Assembly (NCBI RefSeq): GCF_009914755.1
Contig: NC_060931.1
Source: the human T2T-CHM13v2.0 reference genome, Homo sapiens
Length of the DNA stretch: 64,000 bases
Strand: one strand, 5' to 3'
Every line of letters begins with the position of its first letter. Position 1 is the first letter of the stretch. The position numbers were made by a program, and so were the translations under genes. The notes under the pieces were generated by a model. That model searched no databases. It saw only the letters and a list, made by a program, of their open reading frames with translations, and had not been told where the DNA came from. Below, in pieces: positions 1-17,768 of the stretch.

Positions 1-38
1 AAGTGCCGGGATTACAGGCATGAGGCACTGCGCCCGGC
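1..38 (-). mobile_element. Alu, 5' end only (cut by window edge)
   Basis: aagtgccgggattacaggcatgaggcactgcgcccggc is the reverse complement of the Alu start. Confidence 0.9.
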
Positions 39-1134
39 TGGTTTCCAAGTGTTTTGTTGAAGACTTTTGCATCAATATTCATCAAGGATATTGGCCTGAA
101 GTTTTCTTTTTTTGTTGTGTCTCTGCCAGATTTTGGTATCAGGATGATGCTGGTCTTATAGAATGAGTTGGGGAGAAGTCCCTCCCTCTCAATTTTTTGG
201 AATAGTTTCAGTAGGAGTGGTACCAACTCTTCCTTCTTTGTACATCTGGTAGAATTCAGCTGTGAATTCATCTGGTCTTGGGATGGTTTTGGTTGGTAGG
301 CTATTTATTACTGATTCAATTTCAGAGTTTGTTATTGGTCTGTTCAGGGAATCAACTTCTTCCTGGATCAGTCTTGGGAGGGTGTATGTGTCTAGGAATT
401 TATTTATCTCTTCTAGGTTTTCTGGTTTGTGTGCATAGAGGTGTTCATAGTAGTTTCTGAAGGTTTTTATTTCTGTAGGGTCAGTGGTAACATCCCCTTC
501 ATCATTTCTAATTGTGTTTATTTGGATCTGCTCTCTTTTCCTTTCTTCATTAGTCTAGCAGTGGCCTATCTTATTAATTTTTTGAAAAACCAACTCCTGG
601 ATTCTTTGCTCTTTGAATGGCTTTCGTGTCTCAATTTTCTTCAGTTCAGCTCTGATTTTGGTTATTTCTTGTCTTCTGCTAGCTTTGGGGTTGATTTGTT
701 TTTGCTTCTCTAATTCTTTCAGTTGTGATATTAGGTTGTTAATTTGAGATCTTTCTAACTTTTGGATGTGGGCATTTAGTGCTACAAATTTCCCTCTTAA
801 CACTGCGTTAGCTGTGTCCCAGAGATTCTGGGATGTTGTATCTTTGTTCTCATTAGTTTCAAAGAACTTCTTTATTTCTGCCTTAATTTCATTATATACC
901 CAAAACTCATTCAGGAGCATATTGTTTAATTTCCATGTAATCATGTAATTGCATGGTTTTGAGAGATTTTCTTAGTCTTGACTTCTATTTTTATTGTGCT
1001 GTGGTCTGAGGGTGTGTTTGGTATGATTTCAGTTATTTTGCATTTGCTGAGGATTGTTTTATGTCCAATTATGTGGTTAATTTTAGAGTACGTGTCATGT
1101 AGAAATGAGAATGTCTATCCTGTTGTGTGTGTGT

Positions 1135-1427
1135 TTTGTTTTGTTTTTTGAGATGGAGTCTCACTCTGTCACCCAGGGTGGAGTGCAGTGGTGTGATCTC
1201 AGCTCACTGCAACTTCCACCTCCTGGGTTCAAGCAATTCTCTGCCTCATCCTCCCAAGTAGCTGAGATTACAGGCACCCACACCACGCCCGGCTAATTTT
1301 AGTATTTTTAGTAGAGACGGGGTTTTGCCATCTTGGCCAGGCTGGTCTTGAACTCCTGACCTCATGATCCACCCGCCTTGGCCTCCCAAAGTGCTGGGAT
1401 TACAGGTGTGAGCCACCACACCTGGCC
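1135..1427 (-). mobile_element. AluS inserted in L1
   Basis: Full dimer; flanked by cctgttgtg repeats. Confidence 0.92.
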
Positions 1428-1548
1428 CTGTTGTGGTGTGGTGTGTTTGTGTGTGTGTAGAGTTCTGTAGAGGTCTGTCAGATCCATTTGGTCCAATGTT
1501 AAGTTCAGGTCCTGAATATCTTTGTTAATTTTCTGCCTCGATGATGTG

Positions 1549-1808
1549 TCTACTACTGTCAGTGGAGTGTTAAAGTCTCCCACTATTATTGTGTGGGAGT
1601 CTATGTCTCTGGAGGTCTCTAAGAATTTGCTTCATGACTCTATGTGCTCCTATGTTGGGTGCATATACATTTAGGATGTTCTAATACTGTCAGTGGAGTG
1701 TTGAAGTCTCCCACTATTATTGTATGGGAGTCTATGTCTCTAGAGGTCTCTAAGAATTTGCTTCATGAATCCATGTGCTCCTATGTTGGGTGCATATATA
1801 TTTAGGAT
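1549..1808. repeat. 131-bp tandem duplication inside L1 ORF2
   Basis: 1549-1677 repeats at 1680-1808 with about 7 substitutions. Confidence 0.93.
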
Positions 1809-4059
1809 AGTTAGGTCTTCTTAATGAATTGAACCCTTTATCATTATGTAATGCCCTTCTTTGTCTTTTTTGATCTTTGTTAGTTTAGTCTGTTTTGTCT
1901 GAAATTAGGATTGCAACCCCTGCTTTTTTCTGTTTTCCATGTGCTTGGTAGAATTTACTCCATCCCTTTATTTTGAGCCTATGGGAGTCATTACGTGTGG
2001 TATAGGCCTCTTGAAGACAGCATACCATTGAGTCTTGCTTTTTTATCCAGCTTGCCACTCTGTGCCTTTTAAGAGAATTGAGGCATTTAGTCTATTTACA
2101 TTTAAGATTAGTATTGATATGTGTGGATTTGATCCTGTCATTGTGTTATTAGCTTGCTGTTATGCTGGCTTGTTTGTGTGGTTGCTTTATACCGTCACCA
2201 GTCTGTGTATTTAAGTGTGTTTTTGTATTGGCTGGTAGTGGTCTTTCCATTCTATATATGGTGCTCCTTTCAAGTTCTCTTATAAAGCAGGTCTGCTGGT
2301 AATGAATCCCTTAAACATTTGCTTATCTGAAAGAATCTCATTTCCCGTTTGCTTAGGAAGCTTAGTTTGGCAGGATATAAAATTCTTGGTTGAAGATATT
2401 TTTCTTTAAGAATGTTGAATATAGGCCCCCAATCTCTTCTGGCTTGTAGGGATTCAGCTAAGAGGTCCACTGTTAGCCTGATGGGGTTCCATTTGTAGGT
2501 GACCTGCCCCTTCCCTCTAGCTGCCCTTAGCATTCTTTCTTTCATTTTGACCTTGGAAAATCTGATGATTATGTATCTTGGGATGATGTTCTTGTGTAGA
2601 ATCTTGCAAGTTCCCTGTATTTCCTGCATTTGACTCTTGACATTTCAATCAAGGTTGGGGACATTGTCATGGGTGATATCTTGAAATATGTTTTCCAAGT
2701 TGTTTGCTTTCTCCCCCTCCCTTTCAGGGATGCCAGTGATTCATAGATTTGGCCTCTTTACATAATCCCATACTTTTTGGAGGTTTTGTTCATTCCTCTT
2801 CATTCCTTTTCCTTTATTTTTGTCTATCTTATTTCAGACAGCTATTCTTTGAATTCTGAGATTCTCTCCTCAGCTTGGTCTATTCTGCTATTAATACTTG
2901 GGTTGCATTGTGAAATTCTTGTATTGTGTTTTTTCAGCTCTGTCAGATCTGTTACATTCTTTTTATACTAGCTGTTTCATCCTTCAGCTCCTGTATCATT
3001 TTATTGTGATTATTAGTTTCCTTGGATTGGGTTTTGCTGTTCTCCTGAATCTCAATGATCTTCATTCCTAGCCATATTCTGAATTCTATTTCTGCCATTT
3101 CAGCCAGCTCAGCCTGGCTAAGAACTCATGTTGGAGACCTGGTGCGGTTGTTTGGAGGACATATGACACTTTGGCCATTTGAGTTACCACAGTTCTTGCA
3201 TTGGTTCTTTCTCATCTCTGCATGTGGGTGTTCCTTTAGCTGCAGTGTAGATTGAGTAGTCAATAAACTTCTTTTCTGGATGTTTTCACAGGGCCAAGGC
3301 TTTGTGCAGGGTCTTTATTTGAAGCTGACTTCTTGTTCTTGGTTTCACAAGAGGTATGTTAGCGAGGTATTTTTGGTGTTGAAGCTTTGGAGTGATCCAG
3401 TAGGTGGTGCTTTGGTGTATTGGTCAGTTGGTAGACACTTGCTGGGTTGTGTGGCTCCCCTGTTTCCTCACAGTTTCAATGCTCTGAAAGCATGGGTTCC
3501 TCTCCCCTCTGAGTGCTGGATCATGGCTTGGCACTCCTGGGCTGCCTGCTGCAGTTCTGGGGCAATCTCAGGATTTATGTTCCTCCCCCACCTTGGAGGC
3601 AGCAGAGGAAGGGATCTTAGTAGTGGTTGTGGCCAACAGTCTTTTGCTTGTTTCCTGGGGGCTCCGCCCCAGAGAGATGTAAGTCAGCAGTCATTCAGTG
3701 CAATCATCCCAGGATGGAGGGTCTGTGCTATGGTCCCAAGCTGGGGGTTCCTGGTCTGGTGATGAGTGGGGATGGGGAGGTGGAACCCATGGGAGACAGA
3801 CTGGCCTCCTCTTCTTGGGTCAACTGTACCTTGTTAGAGGTGTGGATAAAGCACTTATGGTCTTTACTCTTTCATTAGTTTGAGGGTGGCAAGGGCAGTT
3901 CTACTACAGAGGCAGTGGCAGAGAGGCTTTCAGTTGCCCATAGGGTCTCTGTCCAGGAAGTTGCAAAGCTTCCACTGGTTTGATAGCCCCAGCAGCAGGT
4001 GGCTAGAGGCCCAGGTCTTGAGGATCCACCCAGTGAGGAGCTGTGGGAACAAGCATCCA

Positions 4060-4800
4060 CCTAACAGTCTGGCCACTTTTCCATAGGGCTGCTGCAATAT
4101 GCTGGGGGTCTGCTCCAGTCCCTAGGTACCTCAGATTTTCCAGCACCTGGAGGTATCAACAGTGAAGGCTGTGAAACAGCAAAGATGGCAGCCTGCCCCT
4201 CCCTCTGGGAGCTCTGTTTCAGAGAGGTACGGACTTGTTGCCAGCCCAAACGCACCTGTAGGAGGTGGCTGGAGACCCTGGTTGGGAAATCCACCCAGTG
4301 AGGAGGAATGGGATCAAAAACCAGCCTTAAAAAGCAGTCTGGCCATGTTTTCATACAGCAGCTGTGCTGTGCTGGGAATCCACTCCAGCCCCCAGTCACC
4401 TTGCACTCTCCAAAGCCCAAAGGGCAGAACGGCTAAGTCACCCAAACAGCAAAGACGAAGACCTGCCCCTCCCTCTGGGAACTCCATCTCAGGGAGGTTG
4501 GAAATCTCTGATAGCCAAGGGACACTGGTGGGGATAGCTGGAGACCCCACTTGGGAGTTCCCATCCAGTGAGGATGGGATCAGGGACCTGCTTTAAAAAA
4601 GCAGTCTGGCATGTTTTCATAGAGCTACGGTGCTATGCTGGGGATCTGATTTAGCCCACAGTTGCCTTGGACCTTCCAAAGTCTGAAGGCTGGAATGGCT
4701 AAGTTGGCCAAACAGCAAATATGGCGGCCTGCCCCTCCCCCTGGGAGCTCCATCTTAGGGAGGTGTAACACTGCTACAGGTGGCTGGCTGGAGTTCTAAG
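4060..4800 (-). repeat. Three diverged ~268-bp units in the L1 5' UTR
   Basis: cagtctggc...cctgcccctccc.ctggga.ctc recurs at ~4065, ~4335 and ~4602. Confidence 0.8.
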
Positions 4801-5518
4801 CCAGTGGGTCTTATCCTGTGAGGTGCCATGGAAAGGGAGCCTGCAGACTGTCACTGCTCAGCCTCCGGGATTCAGCCCCTTTCCTAGGGATATGTATGGG
4901 GGTCTAGCCTCCCATTTTGCTGGAGTTGCAGCTGCTTTTGCCGGGGAGCCCAGAAAATCCAGGTATCTAAGGTTCCGGGGTCTCTGCATGTGCCTGAGTG
5001 GCTGCTCTGTTGAAACTCCATGTAGCTCTGTGTGTCAGACTGAAGGCCCTGGTGGAGTGAGTTTATGAGGGGATCTCCTTGACTCCATGGAAGGATCCAT
5101 GGCAGAAGTGTGGGTTCCCAGGGTTGCATATTCACTAAATGCTTCCCTAGGTTGGGGAGGTTCCCCCAACTCCATATCACTCCCCGGTGGGCCATTATCC
5201 TGCATTGCTTTTCTCCATTATCCATGGGTTGAGTTGTTTCCTTGATTAGTCCCAATGCATGTACCTGGATGTTTCAGTTGAAGGTGTTGTATTTACTTGT
5301 CCCTTCCATTCCTCTCCATAAGAGCAGCACATACTAGCTGCTTCTAGTCAGCCATCTTGGCCACCAGGTAAATAGATGTTATTTAATGATAACAAGATCA
5401 ATCCACCAAGAAGGTATAGCAATACTAAATGTATATGTATATGCACCAAATAATAGAGCTTCAAAATACATAAATTAAAACTAGTAGAGCTGAAAGGAGA
5501 AATAAGCAAATCCACAAT

Positions 5519-5898
5519 TGTCTTAGTCCATTTGTGCTGGTATAATAAAAACTCATTCTGGGTAATTTATAAATAAAAGAAATCTATTTATTACAGTTCT
5601 AAAGGCTGGGAAGTCCAAGATCCAAGCACTGGCATCAGGTGTCTGGTGAGGGGTGTCTTTTTGCATTCTCATATGGCAGAAGGGGCAAATGCCATGTTCT
5701 CACATGGCAAAGGGCAGTAGGACAAAAAGGGCCTATCTAGTTTCCTCTGGCCCTTTTATAAAGTTGCTAATTCCATTCATGAGGGATTTGCCCCATAATG
5801 CAATCACCTCCCAAAGGCCCTTCTTCTTAATATTATCACATTGGGGTTTAAGCTCCAACATAAATTTTGGAGGGGACACAAACATGCAAACCATAACA
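5519..5898 (-). mobile_element. MaLR solo LTR (MLT1A/MST-like)
   Basis: TG...CA termini (tgtcttagtcc...aaaccataaca) with a perfect 5-bp TSD ACAAT at 5514-5518 and 5899-5903. Confidence 0.88.
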
Positions 5899-6731
5899 AC
5901 AATTATAGTTGGGGACTTCAAGAACTCCACTCTCAGCAGTTGATAAAACTAATAAATAAAGAATGAACAAGGATACAGAAGAACTAAACAACATCATTAA
6001 CCAACAGGATCTAATTAATATTTATAGAACACTTTCTCCACCTAACAAGAGCAGAATACATATTCTTTTTAAGTGTCCCTTGACACTCACTAAGATAGAC
6101 CATATCCTGGATTATAAAACAAACCTTAAATTTAAAGAACTGAAATCACATATAGTATGCACTCTGACAATAATAGAATTAAAATAGAAATCAATAAGAG
6201 AAAAACAACAGGAAAACCTCCAAACACTTGCTTGGAAGTTAAAAATACACTTCTGATAATCCATGGGTCAAAGAGAAAATCCCAAAGAAAATTAAAAGAT
6301 ACTTAGTGCTGAATGGAAAAAATCCATATTTGTTTGACACAGTTAGAACAGTATTGACAGGGAAATTCATAGCACTGCACTTCATTAGAAAAGAAGAAAG
6401 GTCTCAAATCAATAATCTCAGTTGCTGCCTCAAAAAACTAGAAAAAGAAGAACAAAATAAACCCCAAGCAAACAGAAAGAAGGAACTACAAATGATAAGA
6501 ACAGAAATCAATGAAATTGAAAACAGGAAAACTATAAGGAAAATTAATAAAACAAAAAAAAACAAATTCTTCAAAAAATCAACAAAATTTATAAACCTAG
6601 AGCAAGACTGATGAAGATAAAAAGAGAGAAGACACAAATTACCAGTATCAGGAGTGAAACAGGGGCTATCAGAACAGATGAGGCCAGGATTACCCTGATA
6701 TCAAACCAAAAAGAAAAAAAAAGATAGCACA

Positions 6732-7035
6732 GGCTGGGCATGGTAACTCATGCCTGTAATCCCAGCACTTTGGGAGGTTGAGGCAGGCAGATTGAGACCA
6801 GGAGTTCAAGACCAGCCTGGGCAACATGGCAAAACCCTGTCTCTACAAAAAATACAAAAATTAGCTAGGTGTGGTGGTGTGTGCCTGTAGTCCCAGCTAC
6901 TTTGGGGCGCTGAGGTGGGAGGATCACTTGAGCCTAGGAGGTCAAGGCTGCAGTGAGCCATGTTTGCACCACTGCACTCCAGTCTGGGTAACAAAGTGAG
7001 ACCTTGTCCCAAAAGAAAAAGAACATAAAAAAAGG
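6732..7035 (+). mobile_element. AluJ-like
   Basis: Dimer with ggaggatcacttgagcc/ggtcaaggctgcagtgag and an A tail. Confidence 0.9.
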
Positions 7036-7172
7036 AAATTATACAATCTCTCATGGACTTTGACACAAAAAAAACTTCAACAAAATACTAACAAATTGAA
7101 TACAACAATGTGTAGACTAAATGGGATTTCTTCCAGGTAAGCAAGGCTAGTTCACTATTTAAAAATAAATCG

Positions 7173-7462
<290 letters not shown>

Positions 7463-7608
7463 TCAATCAATCATTGTAATCCACCATGTCAACAGACAAA
7501 AGAAGAAAATCATATGATCATATAAACTGATCCAGAACAAACACTTGACAAAATTCAGCATCTATTCATGATTAAAACAAAACAAAACAATACAAAACAA
7601 AAAACTCG

Positions 7609-7920
<312 letters not shown>

Positions 7921-8546
7921 TCAGCACACTAGGAAGAGAGATTAATTTCCTCAGTGTCACAAAGAGCATCTATCAAAAACCTACTATAAGCATTATACCT
8001 AATGGTGACAGACTGAGTGCTTTCCCTCTAAGTTCTGGAACAAGTGAAGGGAATCTGCTCTGACCACTCTTTTTCAACATAGTAATGGAAGTTCTAGCCA
8101 CTGCAATCAGAAAATAAAAATATATAAACAGTGTCAAGAGTAGAAAGGAAAACATAAAACTGTGCTATTTGCAGGTGACATGATTAACTACATAGAAAAT
8201 AAAATCCTGAGGAACCTAAAAAAAAAAAATTACTAGAGCTAATGAGTTTAGTAAGGTCACAGGATACAAAATCAACACACAAGTCTATTTCACTTATATA
8301 AAGTGACAATGAACAAGAGGAAATATATATTTAAAACATATAAACATATACAATTGACCCAAAGAACATGAAATACTTAGGTATAAATCTAACAAAACCT
8401 GTACTGAATCTATGTAATAAAATTATATTATAGAATGCTGATGAACCAAATCAAAAAAGATCTAATACACCATGGTTGTAGATTGGAAGACTCAATATAG
8501 TACAGATGAAAATTCTTCCTAATTGATCTACAGGTTTAATGCAATT

Positions 8547-8856
8547 CTTTTTTTTTTTTTTTTTTTTTTGAGATAGGGTCTTGCTCTGTCACCCCCAGGC
8601 TGGAGTGCAGTGGCACGACCATGGCTCACTGCGACCTCGACCTTCTGGGCTCAAGTAATCCTCCCACCTCAGCCTCCTGAGTAGCTGGGACTACAGGCTC
8701 TTGCCACTATGCCCGGCTAATTTTTTGTATTTTTTTGTAGAGACAAGGTTTTACCATGTTGCCCAGGATGGTCTCAGACTCCTGGCCACAAACAATCCTC
8801 CTGCCTCAGCCTTCCAAAGTGCTGTGATTACAGCCGTGAGCCACCATGCCTAGCTG
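8547..8856 (-). mobile_element. AluJ-like
   Basis: Poly-T followed by a reverse dimer; TSD ggtttaatgcaattctt on both sides. Confidence 0.92.
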
Positions 8857-9747
8857 GTTTAATGCAATTCTTACCCAAATCTCAGCAAGATTTTTTTGTA
8901 GACATAGACAAGCTTATTTTAAAATTTATATGGAAAGGGAAAGACACTAGAATAGCCAAAACGTATGAAAAAGAAGAAAATTCATGATGTCAGGGCTTAC
9001 CATATAGCGACGGTAATAAAGACAGTGTGGTATTGGTAGAGGAGCAGACACATAGATTAATGAAATAGAACAGAGATCCCAGAAATAGACCTACACAAAC
9101 ATTTGATTAATAATTAAATAAATAATAAAATAATATTTGATGAAGGAGCAAAAGTGGTTTAGAGGAGAAACGACAGCCTTTTCAACAAATGCTCCTGGAA
9201 CAACTGGACATTCATAAGCCAAATAAATAAATAAATAAATAAATAAACCTCACACCTTATACAAAAAATTAACTCAAAATGGATCATAGACTTAATGTAA
9301 AACATAAGCTATAAAACTTCTAGAAAAATAGGAGGAAAACTGTGAGATCTAGGACTAATCAAAGGTATTTTTAGACTTGACACCAAAGCTTGATGAATAA
9401 AAAGAAAATTTGATATACTGGACCTCACCAACATTAAAAGCTATTGCTCTGAAAAAGACTATGTTAAAAGGATGAACAAACTAATTATAGACCAGGAGAA
9501 AATATTTGTAAATCACATATCCAGCAAAGGACTTTTATCTAAAATATATAAAGAATGCTCAAAACTTGATATTTAATGGCCAAAAGACTTGACACAACAT
9601 TTCATCAAGGAAAATATACATATGGCAAAAAGCACATGACAAGATGCTCAGCATCGTTAGCCATTGGTAAAATGCAAATTAAATCACACAATAAGATATC
9701 ACCGCACACCTGTTAGAACAGTCAAAATAAAAAATACTGACAGTACC

Positions 9748-10136
9748 TATAATAGTTTCATAGTGTTACTGTAGTAAATCACCACAAATTTCGTGGCTTA
9801 AAACACCACAGATGTATTATCTTACAGTTCTGGAGGTCAGAAGTCCAAAATGAGTTTAATGAGGCTTGTGGCTATCATCCTTCAAAGCCAGCAATGGCTG
9901 CTTGGTTGAGTCTTTTTCACTTCACATCACTCTTTTGCCTCCTTCTTCCACATTTAAAGGATTATTGTGATTATATTGGGTCTACCTAGATAATCCAGAA
10001 TAATATTTTCTTAAGGTCAACTAATTAGCACTCTTAATTCCATCTGCAACCAAAATTCTCCCTTGCATAACTTATTTCATAGGTCTGGAGGATTAGGATG
10101 TGGACTTTTGTGGGAGCCATTTTTCTGCCTATCACA
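9748..10136 (-). mobile_element. MaLR solo LTR (MLT1B/C-like)
   Basis: cttacagttctggaggtcagaagtcc and gattaggatgtggac motifs; degenerate TSD gtacc/atacc. Confidence 0.8.
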
Positions 10137-10961
10137 ATACCAAATGTGAGCAAGGATGCAGAGAAACTGGAGCTCACATATTGCTGGTTGGAATGTAAAA
10201 TGGCAGAGGCACTCTGAAAAAGTTTGACAATTTTCTATAAAGTTAAACATATACTTAAACATATGACCCAGTAATTGCACTCCTGGGTATTTATCCTAAA
10301 GAAATGAAATTTTATGTTCAATTTTAAAACTCTATATATGAATATTCACAGCAGTTTTATTTGTAATAGACAAAAATTGGAAACTACTCAAATGTCCTTC
10401 AATGGGTAGGCCATTAAACAAATTGTGGTTCATCCATGTACTATGGCATATTATTCAAAAATTAAAAGAAACTATGATATACACAGCATCTTGAATGGAC
10501 CTCAAGGAAATTATGGTGAATGAAAAAGCCAATCTCAAAAAGATAAACATTGCATAATTCCATTTATATAACATTCATGAAACAATGTAATTATAGCCAA
10601 GGAGATCAGATTAGTGGTTTCCAGGGGTTGGGCATGAGGGGCCGTGCCTATAAAGAGGCAGCACGAGGGAACCTTTTGGCTACCAAATAGTTCTGTATCT
10701 TGATTGTGGTAGCAGTTTTATAAAATTACATGTGATGAAATTGCATACAGCTATAAGCACACATGCGCACACACAAGTGCATGTAGAATTGGTGGAATCA
10801 GAATAAGCTCTGTAAATGGTACTGATGTCAATCTTCTGGTTTTGATGCTGTGCTGTGGCTTCATAAAATGTTTCCATTGGGGTAGTCTGAGTGAAGGGTG
10901 CATGAAGTATTTCTTCACAACTTCCGGTGACTCTATAATTGTTTCAAAATAAGTGGTGACG

Positions 10962-10994
10962 ATTGCTTCTCGGCCTTTTGGCTAAGATCAAGTG
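10962..10994 (+). pseudogene. 3'-truncated U2 snRNA retropseudogene (U2 nt 1-33)
   Basis: attgcttctcggccttttggctaagatcaagtg matches the U2 5' end ATCGCTTCTCGGCCTTTTGGCTAAGATCAAGTG at 32/33; flanked by 16-bp direct repeats. Confidence 0.93.
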
Positions 10995-11002
10995 CAAAAT
11001 AC

Positions 11003-16330
<5,328 letters not shown>

Positions 16331-16399
16331 GTCATAAAAGAAGGAGGAAGACAAAGAGGAGGAGAAGACACAAACGAAGACTGTTGATAGCCACATTTA

Positions 16400-16830
16400 G
16401 CTTTCATTGAATACAGTTAAGGATTCAGAATTTTTCATTTGCTGCCTATATCAGCAAAGATTAGAAAATTTGCAGAGAATGACATTCACTATTATTAGGC
16501 AATTCAGAAGATGACATAGAAAGACAGCAGCACTCTCTAATGATAATGATGAAAATGAAAGTACAAGGGAAATCTTAGAATGAGTCTTCAAATGATAACA
16601 TCCCAGATAAATTTTCTTGAACTCAAGAATTAATGATGAACAATATATTTCTAATTTCAAAAATGAAATATGACATTCTCATTCAGTGAATCACTCAGCA
16701 TGAAGGACTTCATCACACAATATTTCACAAGATCCTGGACCATCCCATTTTGCTAAAAGGACAGTATTGTGTGACAGTATTCTTTCATCTTTTATGATGT
16801 TTGTACATCAAAATGTACTTTATATATTAA
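16400..16830 (+). mobile_element. piggyBac-family DNA transposon fossil (Looper-like), N-terminal transposase remnant
   Basis: AT-rich decayed coding sequence reading ...RTSSHNI..QDPGPSHFAKRT..CDSILSSFMMFVHQN across frameshifts, resembling the piggyBac transposase N-terminus; recalled similarity only. Confidence 0.55.
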
Positions 16831-17600
16831 AATTTCTTCTGAGAAATAAGAAGTTAAAAATTAATCCAAGAAATCCATCTAGGATTATGTTTGTTCATGT
16901 GCGGAAGATAACTTGGGTGGCCTGTGAAGTCAGGCCTCAGACAGTTCCTTCGTCCTGGCATCCCTTCAGCCTTTCTGGGTGGACAAGAGGGTTATGAGAG
17001 AAAGCAGCTAAAGGTGAGAAGCGCCCAGGCCGCCCTCCCTACTAATGCATCTCCTATCTCTGCCTCTGACCCAGCCCCTTGCTCTGCCATGGTGCTAAAT
17101 CCAAGACCTGCCCTCCCCTGTGAGGGCTCTCCACACCTTCAACTGACCACAAACCTATCCACACCCCTTAGTTTGCCATTCAAGGCCCTATGCACATACC
17201 TGCTTGTGAATTCTACCTGGGCTGTTCCCTCTGCCAAGGCAGTCTGACTCCATTCTCCCTCTGGACCCTGGTAGCATCCCTTGCTCGGTCTCCAGTTCCT
17301 CCCAGTGCAGTGTTGCAGCCAGGCTGACCAGGCTGACAACCAATCTGCCAGGGGATACTGCCTCTAGGGCAGTGGGTCCCCTCTGCCCTGAATGTCCCTA
17401 TGCGGGGGAGCTGTGGTATGAAGTGGGGAGTGGTGAGGACTGTGGTGCTCAGCCCTGCCTACCTGCTACAGCTGAGGCTGTCCCTAGAAGGATCCCACCC
17501 AGCACTGCCTGGACTCTTTACTTTTTCAAAAGAGCTCAGAAACCAGATCTTTATATAAAATCTCTTGTTTTTTTCAATGCCAGCAACAACTCAAAATTGT

Positions 17601-17768
17601 AATGGCTATGGAGTTTCAGTTTGGGAAGATGAAAAAGTTCTGGAGCTGGATGGTGGTGATGGTTGCACAACCATGTGAATGTACTTAATGCCACAGAGCT
17701 TGCACACTTGAAATTGTTAAAAGGATACATTTTATGTTATGTATATTTTATTACACTTAAAATAATTT
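17601..17768 (+). mobile_element. L1MB-type 3' end fragment, copy 2
   Basis: Same motif, extending to attttatgttatgtatatttta...aaaataat. Confidence 0.8.

Larger units (their letters stand above)
39..5368 (-). mobile_element. Old primate L1 (L1PA13-16/L1P4 class) with intact 5' end, ORF1 and N-terminal ORF2 remnants; inactive
   Basis: ORF2 fragments (GDFNTPL; WKLNNMLLN...QNLWDTA), ORF1 fragments (KGQVTYKWNPIRLTVD...ILYPAKLSF), and a 5' terminus reading ggccaagatggctgactagaagcagc (YY1 box) near 5365. Confidence 0.9.

Noticed and set aside
10962-10994. Functional U2 snRNA gene
   Set aside because: Only 33 nt; no Sm site, no 3' stem-loops and no recognisable snRNA promoter; flanked by a TSD.
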